Shown piece by piece: positions 38,541-50,266 of a stretch of DNA of 64,000 nucleotides (position 1 is the first letter of the stretch; every line of letters starts with the position of its first letter). The position numbers and the translations under genes are program-made. The notes beneath the pieces were generated by a model. That model saw only the letters and a program-made list of their open reading frames with translations. It ran no database searches and had not been told where the DNA came from. The stretch is from Isurus oxyrinchus (Eukaryota): assembly GCA_026770705.1 (NCBI GenBank), contig JANJGN010000026.1:33108001-33172000 (forward strand). Reading direction: 5' to 3'.

Positions 38541-38999
38541 AGGATAGGTGGGATGCAGATTTCAGGTTAATATCAGATCATCCATGATCTTATTAAATGG
38601 TGCGACATGCTCGAGGAACTGAATGGCCTACTCCTGCTCCTTTTTGTACTCTCGTATCTTCGAATGGTCCAGTGCAGTCATAACTGAGATAAGGTCATCA
38701 GGTCAAGGGCAGTGATCACTGAAACAGGGTAAAGTGGCCATCTCACATTTTAAAGTTGCTCTGCCATTCAGTAATATCGTGGCTGATTTCCAAATTCAAC
38801 GTCACATTCCCGCACTCTCCCCATATCCCCTGATCCTTTTAGTATCCAAAAGCCTATCGAATATTGTCTTGCATACACACATGAACACCCACCGCTCTCT
38901 GAGTTACAGAATACCACAGATTCACAACAATAGTTCTACTGCAGATCCTTTTTCCTTCTCCGTTCTAATGGATGACTCTTTATTCTGAAGCTGTGATCC

Positions 39000-39790
39000 C
39001 GAGTCAAGTGGCAAGTAAATGCAGAAAAGTATGATCTGATTCATCTTAGTACTAAAAGTGAAAAGAAGCAATATGAAATTAAGGGTTCAGTTGCAAAGGG
39101 GATGTAGGAGTAGAGGAGCCTTTGGGTCTATGTGCATAAATAATTGAATAGCGCAGGGCAGATTGAGAAAACGATTACTAAATATACAGCATGCCAGTCT
39201 TTATAAATAGGGTATAAAGGATGCAAACAAGGGAATTATGACAAATCTGTGCAAAAGACTTGGCCTCAGCTGGAGTATTATGTGTCGTTTTGGCCATCGC
39301 ACTTTCGGGTGGAAGTGAAGGCATGAGAGCTGGTGCAGAAAAGGCTCATGGGAATGATTCCAATGAAAATTAATGTAAGTTACGTGGATGGTTGGTCTCT
39401 GTGGAGAGGGGAACATTAAGTGGAGATTTGATAGACATGTTAGGGATGTGCAAAATGATGTGGGAAATGAACAACATATATAGGGAAGGATTGAGAATGA
39501 AAGGGCTGTGATACAAGGCGATTGGCAAAAGATGCAACGGCGACATGATGGAAATCTTTTCCCATGGACTGAGTAATTCACATCTGAAATGCACATCCTG
39601 AGTGTGTGGTGGCAGCAAGTCCAATCGTGGTTTTCAATAGGGAATCAAATAATAACCTGAAGAGCAAAGCATTGCGGAGCCACAGAGAGAAGACGGATAG
39701 TGGGACTGGGAGAGCTGCATTTGAAATGGGCTAGCACGGACATTACGGGGTGAATGACCTCTATCTGAGATATAATCATGCGACGATTCA
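39000..39790 (+). mobile_element. CR1 3' fragment
   Basis: Decayed RT C-terminus (cctcagctggagtattatgtg) and 3' UTR. Confidence 0.7.
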
Positions 39791-40794
39791 GTGATTTAAT
39801 AATTCTATACATTTTCTACTTGAGAAACAAAAAATCCTTAAATAGGAAGGAGGTGAGAAAATGGAAGAACTGAAGGAATGTCTTTAACAGAATAAATGGA
39901 CAGGAAACACGAAATTTACTCTTTGATGGCATGTGGGCGTCACTAGCAAGGCCAGCGTTTGTTGCCTATCTCTAATTGCCCTTGAATTGAGTGGCGTGCT
40001 GGGCCATTTGCGAGGGAGGTTAAGGGTCAACCATATTGCAGTGGCTCTGCCCAGCCATTGATTCAATGGTGGAATTGGCCAATCATGGTGCTGTGACTGA
40101 TGGAAAGTGTTGGGAGGTCGTCGATTCCAAGGGGCAAACTTCCATCATCTTTGTGAAAAGTGCATTCAACAATGTTTCTGGGTCGTAACCTCTACATAAA
40201 TGCAGTCGGTTATTAAGATAGAACGGCCTAATTTTAAGAGGGATCACTGTTGAGGTACGCATGTTCTCACCCACTGCAGCGCCCGTGAACACAAAGGGAC
40301 CTTTCCCAGCTGCGGTAATTGTGGGAGATGCTGACCTCCATGGAAAGATCATGGGTGGATTGAATCCAAACCCAAACTACCCTCAGCTTGGAATTGCCCG
40401 GTCTCTTGCTTGTTCCCTGGAGCGGATGAAATCTCTCAGCCGTTTGTAGCCCGAATGCTGGAAATCACAGGAGATGATGAATGTTTATCAAGTCAAACGA
40501 GGAAACACGGATTCAACAGCAAAAGGGAAAGAAACTAATTTGCTGTTATCTGAGGTAAAAGGCGGCGATAAATTCACCCTAGATTACAAATCGGTACATT
40601 ATGAATTTTTCCAGGAAAAGGGAGATGAGAATGTGGAATAATTTCATGAACTATGTTTGAAGGCGAATTGGACAGGAGATGATATCAAGAATTATAAGGA
40701 GCGAGAAGGAAATGCAGATTTAATGAGCTTAATCATTTCATTCTGTACTGTAAAATTGTAAGAGCCACTGAAAATATATTCATGAGCAATATTT

Positions 40795-41017
40795 GTACTT
40801 TGTACAAGTTTCCATGCATTGTGTATCTCCATGTGTCTGCAATCCCACAATGTTCAGGATTTTGTACAGCGCCCTCCGTGCTCTGTATCACTGCGTCTGT
40901 AATCCCACCATGTTCAGGATTTTGCACAACTCTCTCCGTGCTCTGTATCACTGTGTGTCTGTAATCCCACCATGTTCAGGTTTTTGTACGGCTCTCTCCG
41001 TGTTCTGCATCACTGTG
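40795..41017 (-). repeat. Tandem array of 23-RSS units (60-62 bp)
   Basis: RSS1 CACAGTG-23-ACAAAAACC (41017-40979); RSS2 CACAGTG-23-GCAAAATCC (40955-40917); RSS3 CGCAGTG-23-ACAAAATCC (40895-40857); degenerate fourth unit. Confidence 0.9.
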
Positions 41018-41323
41018 CTGTGGGCCGACTCAGTGCACAGTAATACACAGCGGAGTCGCTCAGTTGTAGTTTGAAGATATTTAACCGGCTGATTTTCTCG
41101 GCAGAATCGATAGAAGCAGAAATTCTCTCCCCGGCAGCATTTTCTTTATTCTCCTCTCCTGAAGTGTGTCTCTGAAGCAGATATTCTGGAGCCTGTCCTG
41201 GGGACTGACGGTACCAGTGTACTGTGTACTGACAGATACCTGAATATTCACAGCTTAAAGTAACGGTGTCACCAGCAGCAGAGGTTTGTAAAGGCGGATT
41301 CTGGAATATCAGGAGACTGGAAC
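41018..41323 (-). CDS. Supporting TCR delta V of NAR-TCR type (leaderless, CDR1 Cys), intact
   Basis: Acceptor CTTCAG, phase 1; GSSLLIFQNPPLQTSAAGDTVTLSCEYSGICQYTVHWYRQSPGQAPEYLL...LQLSDSAVYYCALSRP; consensus 23-RSS; no leader exon visible upstream. Confidence 0.9.
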
Positions 41324-42039
41324 CTGAAGGGTGAAAAATGAACATTTTGTGTTTGTTTAGCTACTGCTGACATGGGAGATTTGTCAATCGCGCGAACAAC
41401 TTTGTGTTTTTTATCTTGATTTGAAGCCTGTTCGAACGCTGCTCATTGTTACTGAAATATGATCAACTGGGGAATGAGGTGATATTTTCTCTTCCATAGC
41501 GAATTCCTCCGATCAGGGCTTCCCTATCTGAATGGGTTTGGGGAACAGATTCAATAGTAACTTTCAAACGGGTGATGTATCTGTTCTGAAGCAGAAAAAA
41601 TGCAGGGATATGGGGAATATGCATGAGTGGTGGAAACGATTGGATTACACTTTTAAAGGGACAGCACCTACACGATGGGCCGGATGTCATCTTTCCACGC
41701 TGCATGGTTCAATGATGTATATTAGATTTGATTTGATTTTCCCCGCTGAGAGACAAACCCGAGGGAACTTCTTATTAACAGTGAAACAGTCAGTTTCGAA
41801 AAACTATTTGTCTGACAGTGACCCAGATATAACGCATCAATGCGCACAGCAAACTCCAACAGAATGCGATTGCAATTCGTCAGCACCAATCGGGTCAAAC
41901 AGATAGTGAATATCGATGGTGAAATGTCAACCATTAGCTTCAGTTTCACACTTCTCAGGAGTTTCCATCTGCCTTTGGGTCTATTAGTTTATTTTTTTCG
42001 ATCAATCTATGTTTCCACATTTCTCTTCAAATTAAAATA

Positions 42040-42970
42040 TTTACAGTTAGTTTCAGTTTATTTCTACATTTACTTTGCACTGTTTGTACGTCTTGCAATC
42101 GTGAGAACTTGTCCTAAACTCTCTTAGTAGTCGGTTGGGTTCAACCTGTTCAGTTTCCGCAGTGGTTTTACTGTTACTCACTGGGAACTGCCTCTTCCGG
42201 CTCTCTGACAATTTCAATTCCTTCCGCCCATTGACTGATTCTTTCCGCTTTCTCTGGGCGGAGTTTTCTCTAAATTTTTCATTGTACTCAATCTGCAGGA
42301 GAGGGATCGGCCATTTGGCACAGTGATTTATGCTGTGGGTATACTCCACAGCAGTCTCCCCAACCCGAAACCGAATTGACCATTTCCATCCGTATTTCTT
42401 TCTCCCTCCTGTATTTTCAGCCTTCCCATAAATCCATGAATAACGTCTGCTCCAACCACTCAGTGTGGCATCAAGTTCCACATTCTGACGGTTTTAGTGT
42501 ACATTTTTCTTCTTAATGTCTTTGTTCTGTTAGTGACGACCTGATACTAATGTCCTACTGATCTAGGCTCATCCATAGGCACGCACTCTATTAAACCCGT
42601 TCATAATTTTAAAGATTTCTCTGAATTCTCTTTCTGGTTCTCTGTTTTCCAAAGTTAAGTGACCCAGACTTTTCAATCATTCCAGAGAGATGTGTATTTT
42701 TGCTGATTCCTTTTCCCAGCAATTTAAGTAATCAATGCAAAGAATCTTACAAATAGAAGCAGGGATGGCCATGGCAACTTACAGACCTGTTCCGACGCCA
42801 ATAATAACGTGGATGATCTTCGATGTAAGCATCACATTCCCATATTCCTAGATTATTTTAATAATCAAAAATCTATGGAACACTGCCTTGAATACACTCG
42901 TCCACTGAGTATCCACAGCTCTCTGAGCTATAGAATGCAACAGGTTCACAACAATAGCCTGGGGAAACAT
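42040..42970. repeat. Paralogous intron block of NAR-TCR cassette duplication (other copy about 47240-48310)
   Basis: Shared unique sequence, e.g. gtttccgcagtggttttactgtta. Confidence 0.85.
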
Positions 42971-43004
42971 CCAGTCGTATCTGCCATGTGAGCCGTTGAG
43001 AATA

Positions 43005-43949
43005 TGATAATGAGATCACCTCACATTCCTCTAAACTACTCTTATGAAAGTACAATGAGTTTAAAAATATTTTTCTCGTTTATTGTGCAGTGTGTTAATG
43101 GGTGTAAGTATAGTTGGTTCTGTCTGTGATTTTATTGCATTTTGAGTCAAGTGCACGGCAAGTCTGAAATTATCAAAGGAAGCTACATGTGGAAATATAC
43201 TTGAAATTCTAAGATGTAAATGTGGATGCTGGCTCAGCATTTAAGGTGTGAAGGAACGTTGTGTTTCAAAGTGGTGTTAGACTGTTTACAATTAACCAGA
43301 TAAACAAGGCTAAGGAGTCAGATTTAATTTGTTCTGAGGGGTGCTGACAATATTGGCAACATGAAAGTTTTTATGTTATGAGGAAGATACAGTTTCAAAG
43401 ACATGTGGAACAATAAAAGTTACATGTTAAAGAGAGAGAAACATACATACAGGAGAATGAAAGGCTATGTGAGGAGAGGGCCATGTCAGATCTAACAGGC
43501 ATCCGTGAAACAACATTCATGCAGCCTCCAGCCATTTTTGCATATGTCTGCTATGTAAAGATAGTAAAGTTGGGGAAGCCATTTGGAATTCCACTGTCAA
43601 GTGTGTGCTCTGTTAACTTGCTGTTTCTGTTTGAAATCGAAAATCTATTTGGACTGTTGCCTTAAAGGGATGTATAACTGGGAGTCAAGTTAATTCAGAA
43701 TTTTAGGTGTTGTTATAATAGTAAATAACTTGTCTCTTATGTATGTGTTTGAAATATTTTATTTTGTTAATAAATATTATAATTTAATTTCTCAAGAGTC
43801 TTTAAAGGTCTTGCTGGTCTCATTAATTCAGAATCAGTGCACACATCTTCCAGTGATAAATATAGATTGCAAAACTGTTGTGACAGAGCGATGAGGTTTC
43901 CTTTGTGGATTTGGTCCGCCTGGTACACATCACCTGCCACGTGATAACA
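43005..43949 (+). mobile_element. Possible solo LTR
   Basis: Absent from the paralogous block, ends in GATAACA, contains AATAAA; left boundary uncertain. Confidence 0.4.
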
Positions 43950-45169
43950 TGACTGGGGGCTGTTTGCGGGATACTGGAAGTTGCTTGATTGGTTTGGAGT
44001 TGATCAATCTGAAGCCTACCAGAAGAAAATTTAATCCAGGAGTTACTGTGAGGGGTTTTTAAGTGACGAGAGTGCAAAACTTGTTGCATCCATGGCACAC
44101 ACCATCTGCACGTCATAACACGAGGCAATGCGGGCTGTCACGGCTTCACCTTCTTCTCATAGGATAAACCATTTAACTCAGGAAGCTGCCTGACGAAACT
44201 TTGTTCACTTCCTTCAAGGCATGTAGATGTTTTCTCAATTATGAATATAAAACTTTACACAGCATCCAGACTGGAGTCCAGTGCAGTCCTTCCCACAAAC
44301 AATACTTCTCTCAATTGTTTTGTAATACCGAGGGGTACTGATTCATCAGCTGAAGTGGCGGTTTGTGCATAGGTGGCAACCAGCCAGAGGTTTCCTTCCT
44401 ATCATTGGCCTGATGCCATGAGACGTCCTGCCATGGAAGTTAATGTTGAAGGCTCCAAGGACAACTGCTTGCTGACTGTATATCACCTCGCTACCACCTC
44501 TGGGTCTATCATGCTGGTGGCCCAGGTCATACACAGGGATAGTGATGGTGCTGGATAAGACATTGTCTCTAAGTTATGATTCCATGAGTTTGATTCTGCC
44601 AGGTTGTTGCCTGACAAATATGTGGGAAAGCTCTCCCAGTTTTAGCACATACCTCCAGATGTTAGTAAGGAGGACACTGCAGGATGGACACGCCTAGGTT
44701 TACCATTGTCATTTCCGAAGCCTAGGTCGATTACAGGTGACATGCAGGTGGTGTGGTTCATGGTTTATCCTTTTTTTAGACTTAGTAGCCATTTGATTCA
44801 AATAAGTGACTTGCTTGGCCATCATTTCACAAAGCACTGAAGGGTAAACCACAATTCTTTGTGTCTGAAGTTTTATGTAGGTTAGACCAGGTAAGAACAG
44901 CAAATTTCCTTTGATTAAGTAGACTAGGGTGCTGGGCGGCTTGCAACAATCGGCAACAGTTTCATGATCACCATACTAACAACAGCTTTTAAATCCTGGT
45001 GTTTGAATTCCACCAGCTGCTGCAGTGAGGTTTGAACCAGGGTTAACACACAGAGGATTGACAGGGTGTCTGGGTTATTAGTCTAATGACATTACCACGA
45101 GGCCACCCTTCCCCATGGCGATTATTTGCCTGGATACTTTGCAACACGTCACGGTTTGGAGTCACTTAC

Positions 45170-45514
45170 CAGCTGTGACAGTCACCTCTGTCCCAGAACC
45201 GTCTGCATAACCATCTTTCCAAATGGAACCACATCCATATTTATACTGAGCTTTACAGTAATAGGTGGCTATGTCTTCAACTCTCACATCCCGAATTTCC
45301 AGAGAAAAAATATTTTCTGCTTTATTCATCGACACAACAAATCTACCCCCACTGGAGATCCGCTCCCGCTCAGTCCCAGTCTGGGTTTGTCTGAAGAAAT
45401 GTCTGTCCTATAAACGATGAGAATTACCATGGAAAATGCAGGTGATGGTGAGAGACTGACACTCCTTCCTGGTCACCGCTGCCGGGGTCTGTACCACTGA
45501 CTGATTGAAAGAGC
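45170..45514 (-). pseudogene. Germline-joined NAR-TCR V-D-J exon
   Basis: 345-nt phase 1/1 exon: SFNQSVVQTPAAVTRKECQSLTITCIFHGNSHRL*DRHFFRQTQTGTERERISSGGRFVVSMNKAENIFSLEIRDVRVEDIATYYCKAQYKYGCGSIWKDGYADGSGTEVTVTA; no RSS; GTAAGT donor; TAG at 45408-45410; most of leader and TATA deleted. Confidence 0.92.
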
Positions 45515-47989
45515 CTGGCAATTAAACAGAGAGAGTTTAATGGACCATCAAAGCCAAAACCCAGAACGGGGCTAAAACCCCACACAGTGTCTGCAATTGG
45601 GATGGATTCGGGCAGCTTTATATAAGATTTACACAATGTCAGTTTGTTTGATCGGTACTCAGGGGGTAAACAGGGGCTGCTCTTGGAGACTGGGGCTCAG
45701 AGCTGGACTGAAATACTTTAGAGCGTAGAGTTCCTTTGCAGAGGGCTGTGTCCCGCGGAGCATTGACAGGCCACATGGTTCCCATCTCTCTGGTAGTGTG
45801 TTGTGTGAATAAGTGACAGAGTTAAAAACGGAACCTGCAGTTTCATGTTGCTTCCTTGGGCCTGTGAGCCTGATGTGAAGTCCCCTCTCCCATTTGTCTG
45901 ATATTCAGTGCCCTGCGTAATGGGGCAAGGGAGGTGGAGCTGTTTCTTAGTGAAGTCTGCCACCTTCATTCTCCCACAGTAATGAGCCTGCAGGTCGGTC
46001 CATATGTGTTTGGCAAATGGTATTTTATGAGAGTGGGATGTGAGATAATCCCTCCTTCCCCAATATTATTCTAACTGTCATGAAAAAACAGAAAATGCTG
46101 GAAAGAGCTCGGCAGATCTGGCAGCATCTGTGAAGAGTGAAACAGAATTAACGTTTCGAGTTTGTATGACTCTTCTTCAGAGTTACCTGTGCTGGAAATT
46201 ATGAAACATCTCCCTGAACTGGCTGGTGGGCCTTCAGTTGAAAGTCCGTGCCAAGGGAAGGAGCCTTACACCTGCCTTAGTCCAGCATCTGAGTATCAGA
46301 TTACAATGTGAGACAGTCCAGTGACTTTGCCAATATTCAGGCGGAAGAACAGAAACACCACAAAGAATAAACTCTCCACTTCATTGAAACAAATGCTTGC
46401 TGCACACCTTCCCCTGTGACTTGCACTTAAAATGATGTTTCCAGAAAGCAATGTTTCTTTCCAGGTCTGGACTATTCAGAGTTTCAGTTGTAGTGTTAGA
46501 ACATGAAGTCACACTCAGAGGGACAGTTGAAATGGGGGTGGGCACCGTGTTTGGAACTTATTTAAAATATCACACTCACTACCTTGGTGAGATCTGTTAG
46601 CTGTGTTTGAACTGTCCTGAATCTAACAACACGTTCTGTTGAAGTGAACCTTGTGAATCAGCCGCGGTCAAATGCTCCTGGAAACTGACGGGGACAAGGA
46701 CATGGAGCTGCTCAGTAATCCAGGCAGGCATGCAAAGGACATATACATCATCTGATTCATTGAAAACTAAAATAAAAACCTGACAAGGCCTTTTTGCTCC
46801 ATCCACAAGTTTTGCACGTTAAATTTTGCCCAATTCCCCTCTGAATTTGAATGCTACTGGCGCGAAACAGTGCAGAACAGCGCATGACATAATCATGTTT
46901 TGCCTCAGAGCTACCACAAATACAACTTGTATTTTAAAGCACATTTATTACAATGAAAGGTCCCTTCAGCAGGTAATGACAGTGATCTTCATGAAGCATG
47001 AATCCTGAGAGGCCGATGTGGCCAATCACCTGAGTCATCGTCTGCAATGTGGGACACGGATACATTTTGGCATCATAATTACCAACACTCAGATTGTAGC
47101 AGTCTAACTTTAAGAGGCCATGATTCTTTAAAAGGAGAAATATTATCTGAATGTATTTCAATCAGCATTTGTTTGGAAAAAAAACATAATTTCTTCTTTC
47201 AATAGGTTTAATTTTTCTCCAATTCCATTTATTTTGATATATTTACATTTAGTTTCATTTTATTTCTCCATTTCCTTTGTGCAGTTTGTGCTTCTTGCAT
47301 GGAAACAGAGCTATCGTGGGAACTTGCCCCAAAGTCTCTCAGTTGTCTGTTGGGTTCAGTCTGTTCCGTTTCCGCAGTGGTTTTACTGTTATTCACTGGC
47401 AACTGCATCTTCCCCCTCTCTGACAATTTCAAATTTGTTCCGTCCATTTACTGATTGACTGGTTGAAGTTTTATCAAAGTTTTACTTTACACAGTATCTG
47501 TCAGAAGAGGAATATTCCATTCTGTTCAAATGATTTATGCCTGTGTATTTACTGCGGACCAGCCTCCATCCGCCCGAAATCTAATTTACCATTTCCAGTC
47601 AGCTCCCTGAGTCAGTCTGTTCCGTTCTCCCTCCTTTATTTTCAAATCTTCCCATAAATGTATCAAACCTCACTGCCCCAACCACTCCCTGCGGCAGCAA
47701 GTTCCACATTCTGACCTGCCTGTTTTTACACTTCTTCTTCTTAATGTCATTATCTGTTCTGTTAGTGACTGTCTTATTCTAATGGCTCTAGGCTCACCCC
47801 CAAATAAGCAGCTATTCCACAAGTACCCCAATGAACCCGTTCGTAATTTAAACGATTTCCATGAATTCTCCTTTTCTTTCCCTGTTCTCCAGAGACAAGA
47901 GGCCCGGCCTGTTCAATCTCTCCACAGAGATGCAGATTATTCCTGATTTATTTTCTCAGGAGTGTAACAGATCAAAGCAGTTAATGTAA

Positions 47990-48560
47990 CAGACAGAAGC
48001 AGGAGCGGCCATATTACCTTTCAAACCTTTTCCGCCATTCAATAATATCCTAACTCATCTCCTCGCTCAAAATCACTTTGCCGCAATGTCCCCATATCCC
48101 TTGATTCTCTTAGCATCCTGAAATCCATTGTACACTTCCTTTAATACACCCAACCACTGAGCATCCACAGCTCTCTGAGGAAGAGAATGTCAGAGATTCA
48201 CAACAATGGCTTCACTGAAGAAATTTCTCTTCTTCTCATTCCTCATGGTCGAGTCCTTATTCTGAAACGGTGACCCCTAGTTATAAGCTCATCAGCCTGG
48301 GGAGACACCCATCGGGAATCTATCATGTCCTGAATATTAGGTGTTCTAATGAAATTACATCTCATTCATCTAAGCTCTAGGGAACATAGGCCCAGACGAT
48401 TCAATCTCTTCTTTACGACAATCCCTTTATCTCAGGGATCAGCCTGATGAACCTTTGCTGCACGCCTTCCAAGGCATGTAGATCCTTCCTTAAGTAAGGA
48501 GACCAAAACTTTACACAGCATTTCAGACTGGAGCCCATTTCAGTCCTTCCTTCCATAGAC
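47990..48560 (-). mobile_element. CR1 3' fragment shared by both cassette copies
   Basis: VKFWSPYLRKDLHALEGVQQRF; same truncation junction recurs at about 44150-44300. Confidence 0.8.
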
Positions 48561-49414
48561 CTCACCAACCCCCCTGTGCTCAGATTGTACTTTGAATGGG
48601 CCAAAGATCCTCCAATCCTCTCCTTTTCGATGAATTATTTATTGCTGCTTCTAAATGAACATTCCCCCCATTTACAACTTACAATTGTTTCCTTATGTTC
48701 CTGTTCTCCTTTATAAGATTAATGCATCATCCTCACTTTCTCACTGCACGGTGTTGTTCCACACACAGTAATCAGGGATACAGATAAATTACAGCAATCA
48801 CATCTCTCAAACATCTACATTCAATATGGAGAAGTATCTGCAGTTCCAAACCTTCATATTTCAGTCTGAGGGCGGAAAAGTAGGAAATTGTTTGGTTATA
48901 TGAAAGAAATGGCGGGGACAATGTCGTTAATTTCAGTCACTGATTGTCCAATAATAAAATTCCACCTGGGCCCACATCAGGATCTCTTATATCTGAAGCC
49001 CGTTGTGTCACTCTCCCGTTTTTCTCCCGGGTCAGGTATTGAACTGGCCGCAGTTGTTTGAGTTTATTCACCAGGTGCCTCATTCACATTGCGCGGCTCG
49101 GACTGCAATCTGCTGCCCAGGAGAGAGCTCTGCGACTCCGCTCCCGGACTCGAAAGGGACAGACCGAGCTCCCTCGGTCACAGGTAACACCGGGAGTGGA
49201 GTCCGGATTGTCGACAATCTGCGCTCATTAAAAGCGATTCAGAGTGTAAGAGTCCGTGATGTTCATGGTGTCCCCGATGTGCCCGTTACACTAATGGTGC
49301 TCCAGATTCCGTCAACTCCCACATCCCACCCAAATTCTACTGATATCAATAATAAACTGTCGGTGAACGTTACCCGGGACAGGCTGTAACCCGGTGGGGT
49401 TTGCAGTCACTTAC

Positions 49415-49506
49415 CGGCTGTGACAGTCACCACTGTCCCGGATCCATCCGCATAATCAGTAAACCACCACAGTGACACCGCTCTCAGTCTCCCCGGTACA
49501 ACAACC
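49415..49506 (-). other. NAR-TCR J segment (49415-49467) with 23-RSS
   Basis: WFTDYADGSGTVVTVTA, GTAAGT donor; heptamer 49468-49474, 23-nt spacer, ACAACAACC 49498-49506. Confidence 0.92.
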
Positions 49507-49824
49507 ACCGACACCTCAACCTGCCGGGAAATCATCATCACCAGACAGTAGAAACTGCACAAATATTCAGTGGATTTAAATAAATAAACAATATTCAATG
49601 TTTCAACGTCTCTGTCGGTTCAAACTGTTCTTTGTGAGGCCCTGAGATCTGAGTAAATGGTCCCGGAAACGAGATGTTCGCTTCATATAAGCAGACAAAA
49701 TTATTAAAGTAAGAGAACTGAATGGTGGAAATTACAATGAAATGTAACCATATCACAGCGATAATAACATCAGCCCAACAATTCACTATCCGGACCCGCA
49801 GAATTTATATTGTGACCGGACAGA

Positions 49825-50074
49825 GGTATTTGCTCAGGTCTCCCCCACTGTGACTTCCCCATATTCCCATCTTGTCGTAGTGGTACTGAGCTTTACAGTA
49901 ATAGGTGGCGGTGTCTTCAACTCTCGTCCCGGTCTGGGTTTGTCTGAAGAAAGACCCGCCCGTCAAAGGACGAGCGTAAAAACCACCATAGAAAACGCAG
50001 GTGATGAATAGGGACTGACACTCCTTCCTGGTCACCGCTGCCGGGGTCTGTACCACTGACTGACTGAAAGATAC
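49825..50074 (-). pseudogene. NAR-TCR V with long CDR3 extension and 12-RSS (probable germline V-D join)
   Basis: SVVQTPAAVTRKECQSLFITC...FFRQTQTGT/RVEDTATYYCKAQYHYDKMGIWGS then CACAGTG-12-GCAAATACC; 87-nt internal deletion; one extra nt after the acceptor relative to the paralog. Confidence 0.88.
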
Positions 50075-50193
50075 CTGGAAATTAAACAAAGAGAGTTTAA
50101 TGGACCATCAGAACCGAACTACAGAACGCGGTTAAAACTCGAGCAGCTTTATATTAAATCCACACAATGTCGGTTTGTTTGATCGGTACTCAT

Positions 50194-50266
50194 GAGGTAA
50201 ACAGACACACAGGGTGAAAACAAGGAGAATTCCCATCGCTCTGCTGCCTGGAGCTGAGGGTTTATA
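50194..50266 (-). pseudogene. Leader exon and TATA box of the upstream NAR-TCR V
   Basis: TATAAA 50266-50261, ATG 50236, MGILLVFTLCVCLP; expected donor reads ATGAGT instead of GTGAGT. Confidence 0.8.

Noticed and set aside
40795-41017. Repeat-spacer appearance resembling a CRISPR array
   Set aside because: Eukaryotic locus; the whole unit repeats and is an RSS duplication, with no unique spacers
41324-41345. In-frame ATG upstream of the supporting Vdelta
   Set aside because: MFIFHPS overlaps the polypyrimidine tract and is not a signal peptide
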